Source: Zestosphaera tikiterensis (GTDB lineage Archaea; Thermoproteota; Thermoprotei_A; Sulfolobales; NBVN01). Taken from it: 64,000 bases of DNA. Of this stretch, positions 18,282 to 27,556 are shown piece by piece (the first letter of the stretch is position 1; every line of letters begins with the position of its first letter). The position numbers were made by a program, and so were the translations under genes. The DNA lies in assembly GCA_003056265.1 (NCBI GenBank), contig NBVN01000004.1, forward strand, positions 133,587 through 197,586. The letters run 5' to 3'. The notes below the pieces were generated by a model. It was not told the origin of the DNA, made no database searches, and saw nothing but the letters and a program-made list of their open reading frames with translations.

Positions 18282-20111
18282 ATGTTTATGAAACCACGTA
18301 AGTTATTAAGAAGAAGCTTCACGATTGAAACACTTAAGAATTTAGTTAAAGCTGCTAAGGGAGAATTGAAATCAACTTTAATCTTAAGGAACGCCAACTT
18401 AGTTGACGTTGTTTTAGGGGATATTAGAGAGAAGGTCAACATAGCTGTTTGGAACGGCTACGTAGTTCGAGTGGGTTATTTCGACGTGGATAGGTATAGA
18501 GGTGATGAAACGTTGGTTATGGACGTAAGCGACGCTGAAGCCGTGGTTCCGGGGTTTATAGACCCGCATGTGCATATAGAGTCTTCACTACTTAAGGTTA
18601 GTGAGTTTTCAAAGCTGGCTTTAATTAACGGAACCACTACGGTTGTTGCCGACCCGCATGAGATAGCGAATGTATTAGGTGTTGAAGGGGTTAAGGCTTT
18701 CATCGAGGAGTCTAGGCAAACGCCTTTAAGGCTGTTTTTCTACGTGCCTTCATGCGTGCCTCCAACAAAGCTTGAGTTCGGTAAAGCAGCTACGTTAACC
18801 GTGGATGACGTGAGGGAGTTGATGAAGTATGAGGAGGTCATAGGGTTGGGGGAGGTCATGGATTTCATCTCCGTGATTAACGCCGACGACGAAATACTTG
18901 AGAAGATCTCCATAGCTAAAGCAGCCGGTAAAGTAGTTGATGGGCACGCCCCTCAACTACCGGAGGAGATGCTTATCCCGTATATAGTGGCTGGTGTGGA
19001 GGCAGATCACGAGTCCGTGTATTTAGAGGAAGCACTTAATAAGTTGAGGAACGGCATGCGTGTTTTAATGAGGGAGGGGAGTGCGTGGAGGGATGTGGAG
19101 GAGCTTTCTAAGATATTGACTTACATGCGTATAAACACTAGATACTTAAGTTTCGCAAGCGATGATTTGGAAGTTACTGACATGGTTGAGAACGGGCATA
19201 TGAATAGGATTTTAAGGAGGGCTGTGTCCTTAGGTGTGGATCCAATAACGGCTGTTCAGATGGCGACGTTAAACACGGCTGAGTACTTAGGGCTTAAGGA
19301 GTTGGGTGCTGTGACGCCCGGTAGGTTAGCTGATTTAGTTGTTCTTAAGTCTTTCAGGATGTTTCACGTTAAGGATGTTGTGGTTAGTGGGGAGTTGGTG
19401 GTTAAGGACGGTTCCTACGTTTTTAAGGATGGTGTTAAGTATGAATACCCTGAGAAATTCTTCAAGTCTTTAAAGGTTGGTAAGGTGTTAAGCGTTAACG
19501 ACTTTAAAGTTAAAGCCCCTATTAAGGAAGGTTACGTTAATTACCTAGTTATTAAGGCGGTACCGGGTAAAGCAGTAACTAAGTCTGAAGTTGTTAAACT
19601 CCCCGTTAGGGATGGGTGGGTTTCCCTACCTACTGAAGGGGATTATGCTTACGTAGCGGTTATTGAAAGACATAAAGGTAGTGGTGAGGTCGGCGTTACT
19701 GTAGTTAAGGGGTTGGGTCTTTTAAGGGGTGCTTTAGCTCAAACCATAGCTCACGACGTACATAACATAGTAGTCGTTGGTAAGACAGCTGAGGAGATGC
19801 TCTTAGCGGTTAACGAATTGATTAGGGTTGGTGGGGGTATGGTGGCGGTTTTAAACGGTGTTTCAATAGCCTCGGTGGAACTCCCTATAGCTGGTTTAAT
19901 CTCAAACGAGCCTTACGATCAGGTCTACGCCAAAGTTAAGAAGTTTAGCGAGTCGGTTAAGGCTTTAGGGACTTCCTTCCACTCAATATTTATGACGATA
20001 TCCCTACTTTCACTTCCGGTGATTCCGGAATTAAGGATTACTGAGAAGGGGGTTGTTGACGTGTTAAGCGGTAAAGTCATCAACCCTATATTAAGCTTCG
20101 AGGGTAGTTAA
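18282..20111 (+). CDS. ade: Adenine deaminase
   Basis: PGFIDPHVHIESS motif. The 609-aa two-domain architecture is typical of Ade. Confidence 0.8.
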   Translation: MFMKPRKLLRRSFTIETLKNLVKAAKGELKSTLILRNANLVDVVLGDIREKVNIAVWNGYVVRVGYFDVDRYRGDETLVMDVSDAEAVVPGFIDPHVHIESSLLKVSEFSKLALINGTTTVVADPHEIANVLGVEGVKAFIEESRQTPLRLFFYVPSCVPPTKLEFGKAATLTVDDVRELMKYEEVIGLGEVMDFISVINADDEILEKISIAKAAGKVVDGHAPQLPEEMLIPYIVAGVEADHESVYLEEALNKLRNGMRVLMREGSAWRDVEELSKILTYMRINTRYLSFASDDLEVTDMVENGHMNRILRRAVSLGVDPITAVQMATLNTAEYLGLKELGAVTPGRLADLVVLKSFRMFHVKDVVVSGELVVKDGSYVFKDGVKYEYPEKFFKSLKVGKVLSVNDFKVKAPIKEGYVNYLVIKAVPGKAVTKSEVVKLPVRDGWVSLPTEGDYAYVAVIERHKGSGEVGVTVVKGLGLLRGALAQTIAHDVHNIVVVGKTAEEMLLAVNELIRVGGGMVAVLNGVSIASVELPIAGLISNEPYDQVYAKVKKFSESVKALGTSFHSIFMTISLLSLPVIPELRITEKGVVDVLSGKVINPILSFEGS

Positions 20112-20112
20112 C

Positions 20113-21459
20113 TTGCTTACGTTGATTAAAAACGTTAAGTTAGTGCTTCACGGAAATGAAGTTACTGAAGCTTCTATAGTGGTTGAAGACGGTAAAGTAG
20201 GTGCTGTAGTTAAAACCTACGACTACTTAAGTAAGTACGATACTGTTGTAGACGGTTCAGGGCTTTTAGCGATCCCCGGAGGTATAGACATCCACGCCCA
20301 TATTCACGACCCTCAGTACCTACATCATGAAGACTTCGAAAGCGGTAGCGTAGCCGCTCTATATGGAGGTATAACGACGTTTTTCGACATGCCTTTACGT
20401 ACTTACGTTGAGGATAGGCAGTCCCTAGAGGTTAAGGTAGATGCCGGTCTTAAAATGTCTTACGTAAACTTCAGCGTTATTGCTGGGATGATGAATGAGA
20501 GGAACGTTTCTAAAGTCCCCGTACTTAGGGATTTAGGTGTTAAAGCCTTCAAAACTTTTACGTGTAGGCCCTTCAAACCTGAAAGCGATGGAGGTCTAGC
20601 TTTAGTTTTAAGTGAGGTTAGTAGGTACGGAGGGGTTAACGTAATACATGCTGAGGACGACTCCATACCTGAGTACTTAATGAGTAAGTTTAGAGGTGAG
20701 GGTAGGAACGACCCCCTAGCCTACCATGAATCAAGACCCGACGTTGTTGAGGGGATAGCACTTAATAAAGTTTTAAGCTTGACTTCCTTCTTAAACGTTA
20801 AGGAGGGGGTGCACATAGCTCATTTATCCTCCGCTTTAGGACTTAAGGAAATAGTTAAAGCTAAATCCGAAGGAATCAACGTAACTTCCGAAGTAACGCC
20901 GCATCATCTATTCTTCACTAAAGAAGACGTTAAGAAGTTAGGTAACTACCTTAAATTAGCTCCAACGCTAAAAACGAGGGATGACGTCATGGCTTTATGG
21001 CAAGGCTTAGCCAGGGGTTTCATAGAGTCCGTGGCTTCAGATCACGCCCCAGCCACTAAAGAAGAGAAGGAGGTAGATACGTGGAGTGCGTGGGGCGGCA
21101 TACCGAATTTGGAGACTATGCTACCTTTAGTTTTTACGTTAGGTTTTAAGAAGTTAAGCTTACTAACTTTAAAGAGGTTTATAGAGGTAACTTCAGAAAA
21201 CCCAGCTAAGATTATGGGTTTATACCCTGCTAAAGGGTCTTTAAGTGTGGGTTCCGACGCGGATATAACGCTTCTTGACGTAAATAAATGCTTTAAAGTT
21301 AAAGCGGATGCTCTCCATCATAAAGTCGATTGGACGCCATACGAAGGTGTTGAGATGTGTGGATGGCCTAGGAAAGTCTTCGTGAATGGTTTACTAGTTT
21401 TAGATGAGGGTAACGTAATAACGGAGAATAGAAAACCTAAATATTTAAGGATAGTTTAA
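20113..21459 (+). CDS. Cyclic amidohydrolase (dihydroorotase/allantoinase/dihydropyrimidinase family)
   Basis: PGGIDIHAHIHDP, the lysine context GVKAFKTF, and the SDHAP motif. Its start is 1 nt after the ade stop. Confidence 0.75.
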   Translation: MLTLIKNVKLVLHGNEVTEASIVVEDGKVGAVVKTYDYLSKYDTVVDGSGLLAIPGGIDIHAHIHDPQYLHHEDFESGSVAALYGGITTFFDMPLRTYVEDRQSLEVKVDAGLKMSYVNFSVIAGMMNERNVSKVPVLRDLGVKAFKTFTCRPFKPESDGGLALVLSEVSRYGGVNVIHAEDDSIPEYLMSKFRGEGRNDPLAYHESRPDVVEGIALNKVLSLTSFLNVKEGVHIAHLSSALGLKEIVKAKSEGINVTSEVTPHHLFFTKEDVKKLGNYLKLAPTLKTRDDVMALWQGLARGFIESVASDHAPATKEEKEVDTWSAWGGIPNLETMLPLVFTLGFKKLSLLTLKRFIEVTSENPAKIMGLYPAKGSLSVGSDADITLLDVNKCFKVKADALHHKVDWTPYEGVEMCGWPRKVFVNGLLVLDEGNVITENRKPKYLRIV

Positions 21460-21466
21460 AACCTTC

Positions 21467-21709
21467 TTAAACAACTACAGGTATCTTCGCCTTCCTCAAC
21501 AACTCCCTAAAGTCTTCTAAATCAAGTCCGGAGAAGTACGCTGCCCTCCTGATGTCTCCCGTCTCTATATAGTATTTTAAAGCCGCTTTAATTTTAGGGG
21601 GTTGCTTCTCTATGAAATCCCAATCAGCATGCTCCTTTCTAATTCTTCTAGCCTCCTCCTCTAACTCAACCCACTTTTTCTTTTTCATTGTTACCTCATC
21701 TTCACCCAC
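21467..21709 (-). CDS. UPF0175-family antitoxin-like protein (copy 2, distal)
   Basis: Paralog of 22249-22479, sharing ADWDFIEKQPPKIKAALKYYIETGD. It overlaps the stop of the PIN-like gene by 8 nt. Confidence 0.65.
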   Translation of the reverse strand: MGEDEVTMKKKKWVELEEEARRIRKEHADWDFIEKQPPKIKAALKYYIETGDIRRAAYFSGLDLEDFRELLRKAKIPVVV

Positions 21710-22259
21710 AGATCCTCCCCTTAATTAATTCTAATGCGTTTGTTAAATCTCTCCTAGGGAAGAAATGCCGAGTATCTTCTTCGTAGGCTTTAAATAATGT
21801 GTTTAACTCATTACAACTTACTTTAAACATACCTTCGATGACGGCAGCCGTCAAGATCTCAAGAGCTCTCCAAACTACGACGTCTTTATAAGGAGTTATG
21901 AAGTCTACAGCCATTATAGCCCCTCTATTTTCCGTTAAGACGACATACCCTCTCCTCCTACCTATGACTAAGCATAAAGCTTCAGGAAGGTCCACAGGGA
22001 TTAAACTTCTAAGCTTTCTTGACTCTTCAGTAAGTTTCCTAGCTTCCTCAAGCTCTTCTGAAGTTTCCGTGTAGATGGACATATTACCTGAAGCTAGAGC
22101 TGAAGCAACCCACTCTACGGTTCTTTCAGATTTAATCTCTTTTAAAACTGATTCACTCACATATACAATATTAAATAACTTAAACATTAAGTCTCTATAT
22201 CTGAAGCGAGCCCAATCAATTATAAAGCAGGTGTCGGCTATAGCGAACCTAACAGACAT
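21702..22259 (-). CDS. PIN-like (DUF3368-type) putative nuclease toxin
   Basis: N-terminal FAIADTCFIIDW acidic motif and internal VVLTENRGA. This is the genomic context typical of UPF0175/DUF3368 pairs. Confidence 0.6.
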   Translation of the reverse strand: MSVRFAIADTCFIIDWARFRYRDLMFKLFNIVYVSESVLKEIKSERTVEWVASALASGNMSIYTETSEELEEARKLTEESRKLRSLIPVDLPEALCLVIGRRRGYVVLTENRGAIMAVDFITPYKDVVVWRALEILTAAVIEGMFKVSCNELNTLFKAYEEDTRHFFPRRDLTNALELIKGRICG

Positions 22260-22479
22260 TAGGTATCTTAGCCCTCACTCTAAGCTCGTTAAACTCATCA
22301 ACAGTTAAACCAGCTATTCTTGAAGCCACGTACATATCGCCAGTCTCTATATAGTATTTTAAAGCCGCTTTAATTTTAGGGGGTTGCTTCTCTATGAAAT
22401 CCCAATCAGCACACTCCCTTCTAACCCTCTTAGCTTCATCGACATCCTCACGAGAAACCTTAGCCCTAAGGATCAACAC
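22249..22479 (-). CDS. UPF0175-family antitoxin-like protein (copy 1, proximal)
   Basis: 76 aa with a helix-turn-helix-like C-terminus GLTVDEFNELRVRAKIP. It overlaps the PIN-like gene start by 11 nt. Confidence 0.65.
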   Translation of the reverse strand: MLILRAKVSREDVDEAKRVRRECADWDFIEKQPPKIKAALKYYIETGDMYVASRIAGLTVDEFNELRVRAKIPNVC

Positions 22480-22964
22480 TCACCACAATAAAATTCCTAC
22501 ACTAACTATTAAACTTTTTAAATATCTTCAAACTGTAGCTAAAACCCTGCGTCTTCTTTAAAGTAGAGTAAATTCACTTCCAATAATAATATAGTTAATA
22601 GCTAACGATTATAACTTAAGAGGAGGTTAGGAGGTTGTTATGTAGGGTGTGGCTTGGGTTACGTTAAGGTTAAAGCTAGGGTGTGGTGTTTAGAAAGCGG
22701 TGTTTCTAAGGAGGTATCCTTGCTTGCTGATATTGGAGCTATATATACTACCCTCCCAAGTAGTTTCCTAAAAGAGCTTGGTGTTAAACCAATGGACGTT
22801 AGGAAGTTTAAGTTAGCGAATAGCAGGATTGTTGAGAAGGAAGTAGGGTACGGGAGTAGTTTCTTGTTTGTAGGTTTTTCAAGGTCTCTGTAGGCTCCTT
22901 AATGCTCTTAGTGCCACTATGTATGCTGATGCTGTGTGAATATCTAGTCCTAGGTCTTCAGCTA

Positions 22965-23895
22965 CTATTCGAGCAGATATTGAACTATAAAAGCTGGGTT
23001 TATTTTAATTAGTTTTTCATGAACCTTAGGAACTAACACCTCCATTTGCTGAATAAACTCTCTTAAAGCCATTTTAGTTTGCTTCCTCTTAGCAGTCTTG
23101 ATTCCCTTTGGCTCCGGCCTAGAGAGCTTTTCAATAGCGTAATATCCTACTCCATGCTCTCTAGCATACTTTACTAGCCTGGCAATAGCTTCCTGCCTAA
23201 TAGCTTTAGCGTTCTCTTTGAGGAAACCATGAGATGTAACCTCAGGAAAGTGTTCATTTTTAATATCCCTAATGATGCCTTTCCTATCTATTATGACCAT
23301 ACATACCCTACCAGGGTTAAAATCAAAACCCGCTATGTGTCCTACTATTTTAGCTTTTGTCTTCTTTCCTATGTATTTGGTGTAAAGTTCGAGAGGAACA
23401 CTTACATGTATTTCAAAGCATTTGCTCTTTAAATAGATTCCTGCTCCATACGTGATGTTGGAGGCTATTAGCTCCTGTATTATGGGTATGTATTTCCTAC
23501 CGAATTTAGCCTTGGCGATTATCCATCTATGCCTGCCGGATGCCGATGGAATCTTAATCTTAACAATATCTGATGAAACGAATTTTATATTCCTATTTAC
23601 TTTTTTCGTCTTTGCTTCCTACCGAGAATAACTGTGGCTTTTTAAGCTTAAGATATGGTTGCTCTCTATATAGTCTAGCTCTTTTATATGCTGAGTAGGA
23701 GTACCATTTGTTATTCAATATCCTCGATGTAAGTAGCTTGACAATTTCATTTTCTTTTACTCCTTTCCTCATTAATGAGTGAGCATACTCTACTGCATCT
23801 TTAAAATTCCTCATAACGTATAGGAGAAGACCTCTATCTTCAGGTGAAGAAACTATGAGCCTACCTTTAATTGTTGGCTTTATTTCTTTCTCCAT
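22965..23895 (-). pseudogene. tnpB: tnpB pseudogene (frameshifted, 3'-truncated)
   Basis: The N-terminal ORF 23593-23895 is followed by a +1-shifted continuation, read by hand: NIKFVSS...HIAGFDFNPGRVCMVIIDRKG (RuvC-I-like D), then YYAIEKL (RuvC-II-like E). It ends at INPAF with no zinc ribbon or RuvC-III. Confidence 0.65.
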
Positions 23896-24038
23896 TTCTC
23901 AACTACCATCCTATCATTCTCCTCATCATAATAAACAATTAGCTTATCACCTTCTTTCAATCCCATCCTTTCAGCAACCTCTCTCGGTATAGTCATTCTC
24001 AGCTTAGGAAGTACCCTATAGACACCCACTAATTCCAT
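23880..24038 (-). CDS. AbrB/SpoVT/MazE-type small DNA-binding protein (52 aa), first gene of IS-4
   Basis: Hand translation: MELVGVYRVLPKLRMTIPREVAERMGLKEGDKLIVYYDEENDRMVVEKWRKK. The swapped-hairpin signature is RMTIPREV..GLKEGD. It overlaps the tnpB start by 16 nt, and TATA-like tatataaat lies upstream. Confidence 0.55.
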   Translation of the reverse strand: MELVGVYRVLPKLRMTIPREVAERMGLKEGDKLIVYYDEENDRMVVEKWRKK

Positions 24039-24931
24039 AGTATCCCCAGAAACATTTATATACCTCTAGATATATAAATTTAGTGGTACTCTCAACCCTG
24101 ATGATGAGGGCGAGGGGGATGAGCACCAAGTGAACTATGCTTCGCCAATGGCTCTGGAGAACATAGCGACCCTCTGGAGCCGTAGGCGGGGCATAGGGAT
24201 GCTTAGCCGTGATGAACCGTCCTACGGAGACCTAAAAAGACCGTAGGCGAAGAACGGTTAGTAGGTATTGAAGTTATGGGGTTAAGAACACATACTGTGG
24301 TAATTTTCGGTGATGAAGGCGTATACCTCTTGGGTGTTGTTACGTTAGAGGAGTTAGGGCTTGAAATAGATCCTATTAAAGGTGAGCTTAAGCCAGCTGA
24401 GTTATTGTTAATGAAGCTTTAAATAAGTGCTTAACTACAGCAAAATTTAGCAATTTAAAGCGCTTCATAACTATCTAAACAGCTTTCCTACTCTTCAAGT
24501 TACGTGAAACGTTAAAACATACTGTAAGAACGTTAGGTTTAAAACACGTGGTGAAATTGCTACTATCTTAATCACACCGTAACATTACTTAAATGGAGGG
24601 TGTGACATCAATCTTAACACATCCGCTATATGAACGAAGCCTGTGATTCCATAGTAAGGTTTTCAGATTATGACTTCCTCACTCAACATCCTAGTGACTT
24701 AAATCATCTATTTGTTTTCGTTAAATCTAAACTCTATTCCTAATGCGTCATTCCTTAGTCTTGGGAGGTCTTAAAGACTTTATGCGAGGAAAGCGTGAGC
24801 GTAAATCTAGTACATTGAGCATAAATTATAAACCTCTGCCTCATCCTTACGAATTAACCCCCTGAAGATTTAGTGGGTGCCGTAATTTTAAGGTTAATAA
24901 GGTGTGAACGTTATTATTTTTGGTGCTTTAG

Positions 24932-25684
24932 TTGGCTGAGAGTTTAGCAGTGAGTTTGGTTGAGCCTATAATTCAAGAGTATGTTAGGAGGGTTATTGAG
25001 AAAGCTAGGGCTGGTAAGAAGCTTAGCGATTGGGAGATAGGTATGTTGATGATGGATTATATGAGGATATCGTTATCGAATAGGATTAGCTCTGTTGAAA
25101 AGACTTTGTCTGTAAGGATTGACTTAATGGAGAGTAGACTTAATGGTGTTGAGGGTAGGCTTGATCGTGTTGAGTCTTCCGTTAATGACTTTAGAGAGAA
25201 GCTCACAACCTTCGATAAGAAGTTTGGGATGATTGAATCTAGGCTTGAATCTCTTGAAGGTAGGCTTAACAGCGTTGAAGGCAGACTTAACGGTGTTGAA
25301 AACAGGCTTGATCATGTTGAAGGCAGGCTTGACCGCATCGAGGGTAGGCTTGATCGTGTTGAGTCTTCCGTTAATGACTTTAGAGAGAAGCTCACAACCT
25401 TCGATAAGAAGTTTGGGATGATTGAATCTAGGCTTGAATCTCTTGAAGGTAGGCTTAACAGCGTTGAAGGCAGACTTAACGGTGTTGAAGGCGGCCTCAA
25501 CGACTTAAGGAGTAAGTTCGACGCTTTCGATAAAAGATTTACGATTGCGGAGAGTAAACTCGTAAACGTTGAGAAAGGCGTTGAATACTTGAAAGGAAGC
25601 CTAGACTCACTAAGAGATAACGTAATAAACGTTTTAGTTGCTGAACTTAAGAGAAGAGCAGGTATAGAGTCAAAACAGCCGTAG
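24932..25684 (+). CDS. Coiled-coil heptad-repeat protein of unknown function
   Basis: 250 aa with a TTG start. It carries long runs of xRLxxVE heptads (GRLNSVE GRLNGVE NRLDHVE GRLDRIE GRLDRVE). Confidence 0.6.
   Translation: MAESLAVSLVEPIIQEYVRRVIEKARAGKKLSDWEIGMLMMDYMRISLSNRISSVEKTLSVRIDLMESRLNGVEGRLDRVESSVNDFREKLTTFDKKFGMIESRLESLEGRLNSVEGRLNGVENRLDHVEGRLDRIEGRLDRVESSVNDFREKLTTFDKKFGMIESRLESLEGRLNSVEGRLNGVEGGLNDLRSKFDAFDKRFTIAESKLVNVEKGVEYLKGSLDSLRDNVINVLVAELKRRAGIESKQP
25151..25489 (+). repeat. Perfect 150-bp direct repeat (25151-25300 = 25340-25489), period 189 bp, inside the coiled-coil gene
   Basis: Letter-by-letter comparison of the two stretches found them identical. The period corresponds to 63 codons. 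Confidence 0.9.
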
Positions 25685-25959
25685 GATCCTTAGATTTAGC
25701 TACTTAACTAATTCTATCCATCAGTTATTAAAAACGAAATACGTTTAACCATAGATTTAAAGCTATCTTAAGACTGTTTGTACTTCACCTTCCGTTGACG
25801 GAACCGCAGAACTTAAACTCCGAATCACGAACTCCCGTATGTAGAGAAAAGATGAAAACTCCAAAAAAGCAGGTTGTTAAATGTTTCAACTGTGACTCAA
25901 CTCTAAGTAGACAGCTATATAAAGCAATAGATATCCACTTCAAGATGTGTAGTTTTCCC

Positions 25960-26135
25960 TAAAGCCTGAGCGTCTCCCATCACGTGGTGATTAAGGAGGT
26001 GATCCCTCGGTGGGGGACGCGGGTGAAGGCTTTAGGTGGGGTTGCCACGAATGGGGGTGAGGGCGATGACAAGCCACCGATGAACTCAAGAGACGACTAA
26101 ACCTAATGAACCCCAAGGTCTACATAGGCATACAA
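25960..26135. repeat. GC-rich remnant related to the IS-4 left-end region
   Basis: gggtgagggcgatgacaagccaccgatgaact... and ...taatgaaccccaaggtctacatagg resemble 24098-24235. The boundaries are uncertain. Confidence 0.3.
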
Positions 26136-26187
26136 ACACCTATATAAGCAGAATCCCAGAATATTTCATAGCATAGCAGTAGTATTG

Positions 26188-26494
26188 GGTTCGGGTTTGA
26201 ACGTCATTTCTGGTTACTCTCTTCATCCCCTCATTTTTTGTTCCTCCGTTCCGTCTGGTTTCATCCTTCACAGCGGAGGCTCTTAGGGGCGACCCAAACA
26301 CCCCCGCACACGCTTAACCACTTTTCCCTTCTATTCCTTAATACTACCTCAGGGATCCACCTACCCTATAGGTGGATAAACCCCTCATCAACCCAAAAAA
26401 CAATACTCACTTCTAACATATATAAACCTTTAAAATAGAAAGAAATTAAAAACATTTAAGAATATCAAGGAATTACATAAAGGGCGATACGGCT
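26188..26494 (-). repeat. Right copy of the ~305-bp inverted repeat (partner 12154-12458)
   Basis: Its reverse complement aligns with 12154-12458, including the TATA-like box and the ccacct/aggtgg hairpin. Confidence 0.7.
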
Positions 26495-26632
26495 ATGTTA
26501 AGCTCTACCTTAGTTTGAAACATATGTTGCTCTGAAGGATTTCGCTTAAGCATGGATACAATCATTTAATATGCTATGCGAATATGTTCAGGTAGTTCAA
26601 GGACTGTGAAAATGTATGAATGGTTAATGTTC

Positions 26633-27154
26633 TTAAGACTTATTTCTACCACTTAGTTCCTTTAAGATTTCTTCTTCACTTATCGCTTTCACTAATATAG
26701 TCTCTACATTGAGATTTCTCGCATGAATAGCCATAGACTCATCATCTGTTAATAATAGGGCTTTAACGTTAAACGCTAAAGCTATGAAGTAAGTATCAAA
26801 TCCTGACGGAGCTTCCAACAACGCTACTTCCACTGCCTTGTTAAATAGCAAATCTTCGTTGACTACAATGAAGGTTCTCTCAATAGTACTCACTATATCA
26901 CTCACCATATCCCGGCTCAAGCTATTCCTTCTTAATACCGCAACTACCTCAACAAGCCCAGCTCTAGGGAAGTATATAAAGTACCTATTTTTCTTAAGCA
27001 GTCTCGTGATAGTCCTACATTTTTTATGAGTAGACAATTCCCTATCATAAACATTACGTGGTAGATGTTTAGCTGGCTTCAATAAGCTCTTTACGATGAC
27101 TGTCGTATCTAAGACTATGTTAGCTACTTCCTCTCGCACGTCCACGTACCTCAT
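26633..27154 (-). CDS. PIN-domain protein (VapC-like toxin)
   Basis: Acidic residues in [16 protein letters not shown] and LLTDDESM. The true start is probably internal (near VANIVLD), just after the stop of the upstream antitoxin. Confidence 0.7.
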   Translation of the reverse strand: MRYVDVREEVANIVLDTTVIVKSLLKPAKHLPRNVYDRELSTHKKCRTITRLLKKNRYFIYFPRAGLVEVVAVLRRNSLSRDMVSDIVSTIERTFIVVNEDLLFNKAVEVALLEAPSGFDTYFIALAFNVKALLLTDDESMAIHARNLNVETILVKAISEEEILKELSGRNKS

Positions 27155-27332
27155 CTATAACTTTGTCTATATCCTCTTTAGCCTCCAGCTCAAGCCTCTC
27201 AACAAGATCGTAAAAATCCCCTCCAGCAAGTATAACTATCTTTACCTTCTCCCCTTCCTTTAACTCAACTTTCTCTAATGGTCTAAACACACCTCCCTCG
27301 TATATCGCCTCCACAACCTTCGACATAAGCAC
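27120..27332 (-). CDS. DUF104-type antitoxin-like protein
   Basis: [26 protein letters not shown] is the typical DUF104 N-terminus. The gene lies directly upstream of the PIN gene. Confidence 0.6.
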   Translation of the reverse strand: MLMSKVVEAIYEGGVFRPLEKVELKEGEKVKIVILAGGDFYDLVERLELEAKEDIDKVIDEVRGRARGSS

Positions 27333-27556
27333 GCACCCCTATAATGATATGTCACATTGCTTTTAATAAATAGCTCAGCTGTAAGCTAATTCAACAGACA
27401 CTCAATAGTACTAAGTATGAGTTCCTACCGCTACAGCTTACTTATAGTTGATGAGCATAATTAATGATCACTTAGCCGTCGTAGTTGGTAATGAAGATGA
27501 CAATACGCTAGGCCTTACTGGTTTAAACTGCTACGGAGAACTTATATCGGTTTATT

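Larger units (their letters stand above)
22848..24266 (-). mobile_element. Decayed IS200/IS605-family element (IS-4) with an AbrB-like ORF and a broken tnpB
   Basis: The insertion is bounded by GTAGG on both sides (22843-47 and 24262-66), which is CTAC on the element strand. The left-end side carries the subterminal hairpin cctacgg-N13-ccgtagg. Confidence 0.65.
22654..24423 (+). pseudogene. Retropepsin-like (clan AA) aspartyl protease gene interrupted by a 1,419-bp IS insertion
   Basis: The N-terminal part 22654-22847 reads ...LLADIGAIYTTLPSSFLKELGV...EKEVG. The C-terminal part 24267-24423 reads IEVMGLRTHTVVIFGDEGVYLLGVVTLEELGLEIDP...*. Both parts are in the same frame. Joining them gives a 116-aa protein of the expected size. 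Confidence 0.65.

Noticed and set aside
24640-24870. Possible third copy of MITE family B, and a degenerate C/D-like arrangement (agatgatt ... ctga) on the minus strand
   Set aside because: The similar blocks are not collinear with copies 1 and 2. The box spacing and sequences are non-canonical, so the evidence is insufficient.
26238-26438. 66-aa ORF inside the right inverted-repeat copy
   Set aside because: The left copy of the same repeat (12154-12458) does not keep the reading frame open, so the ORF is probably fortuitous.
12154-26494. Interpreting the inverted-repeat-bounded 13.7-kb segment as a composite transposon or integrated element
   Set aside because: The cargo is largely conserved housekeeping (NAC, aCPSF2, E1-like enzyme, adenine deaminase). 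No integrase or transposase is associated with the repeats. A recombination or inversion substrate, or two MITE copies, is more parsimonious.
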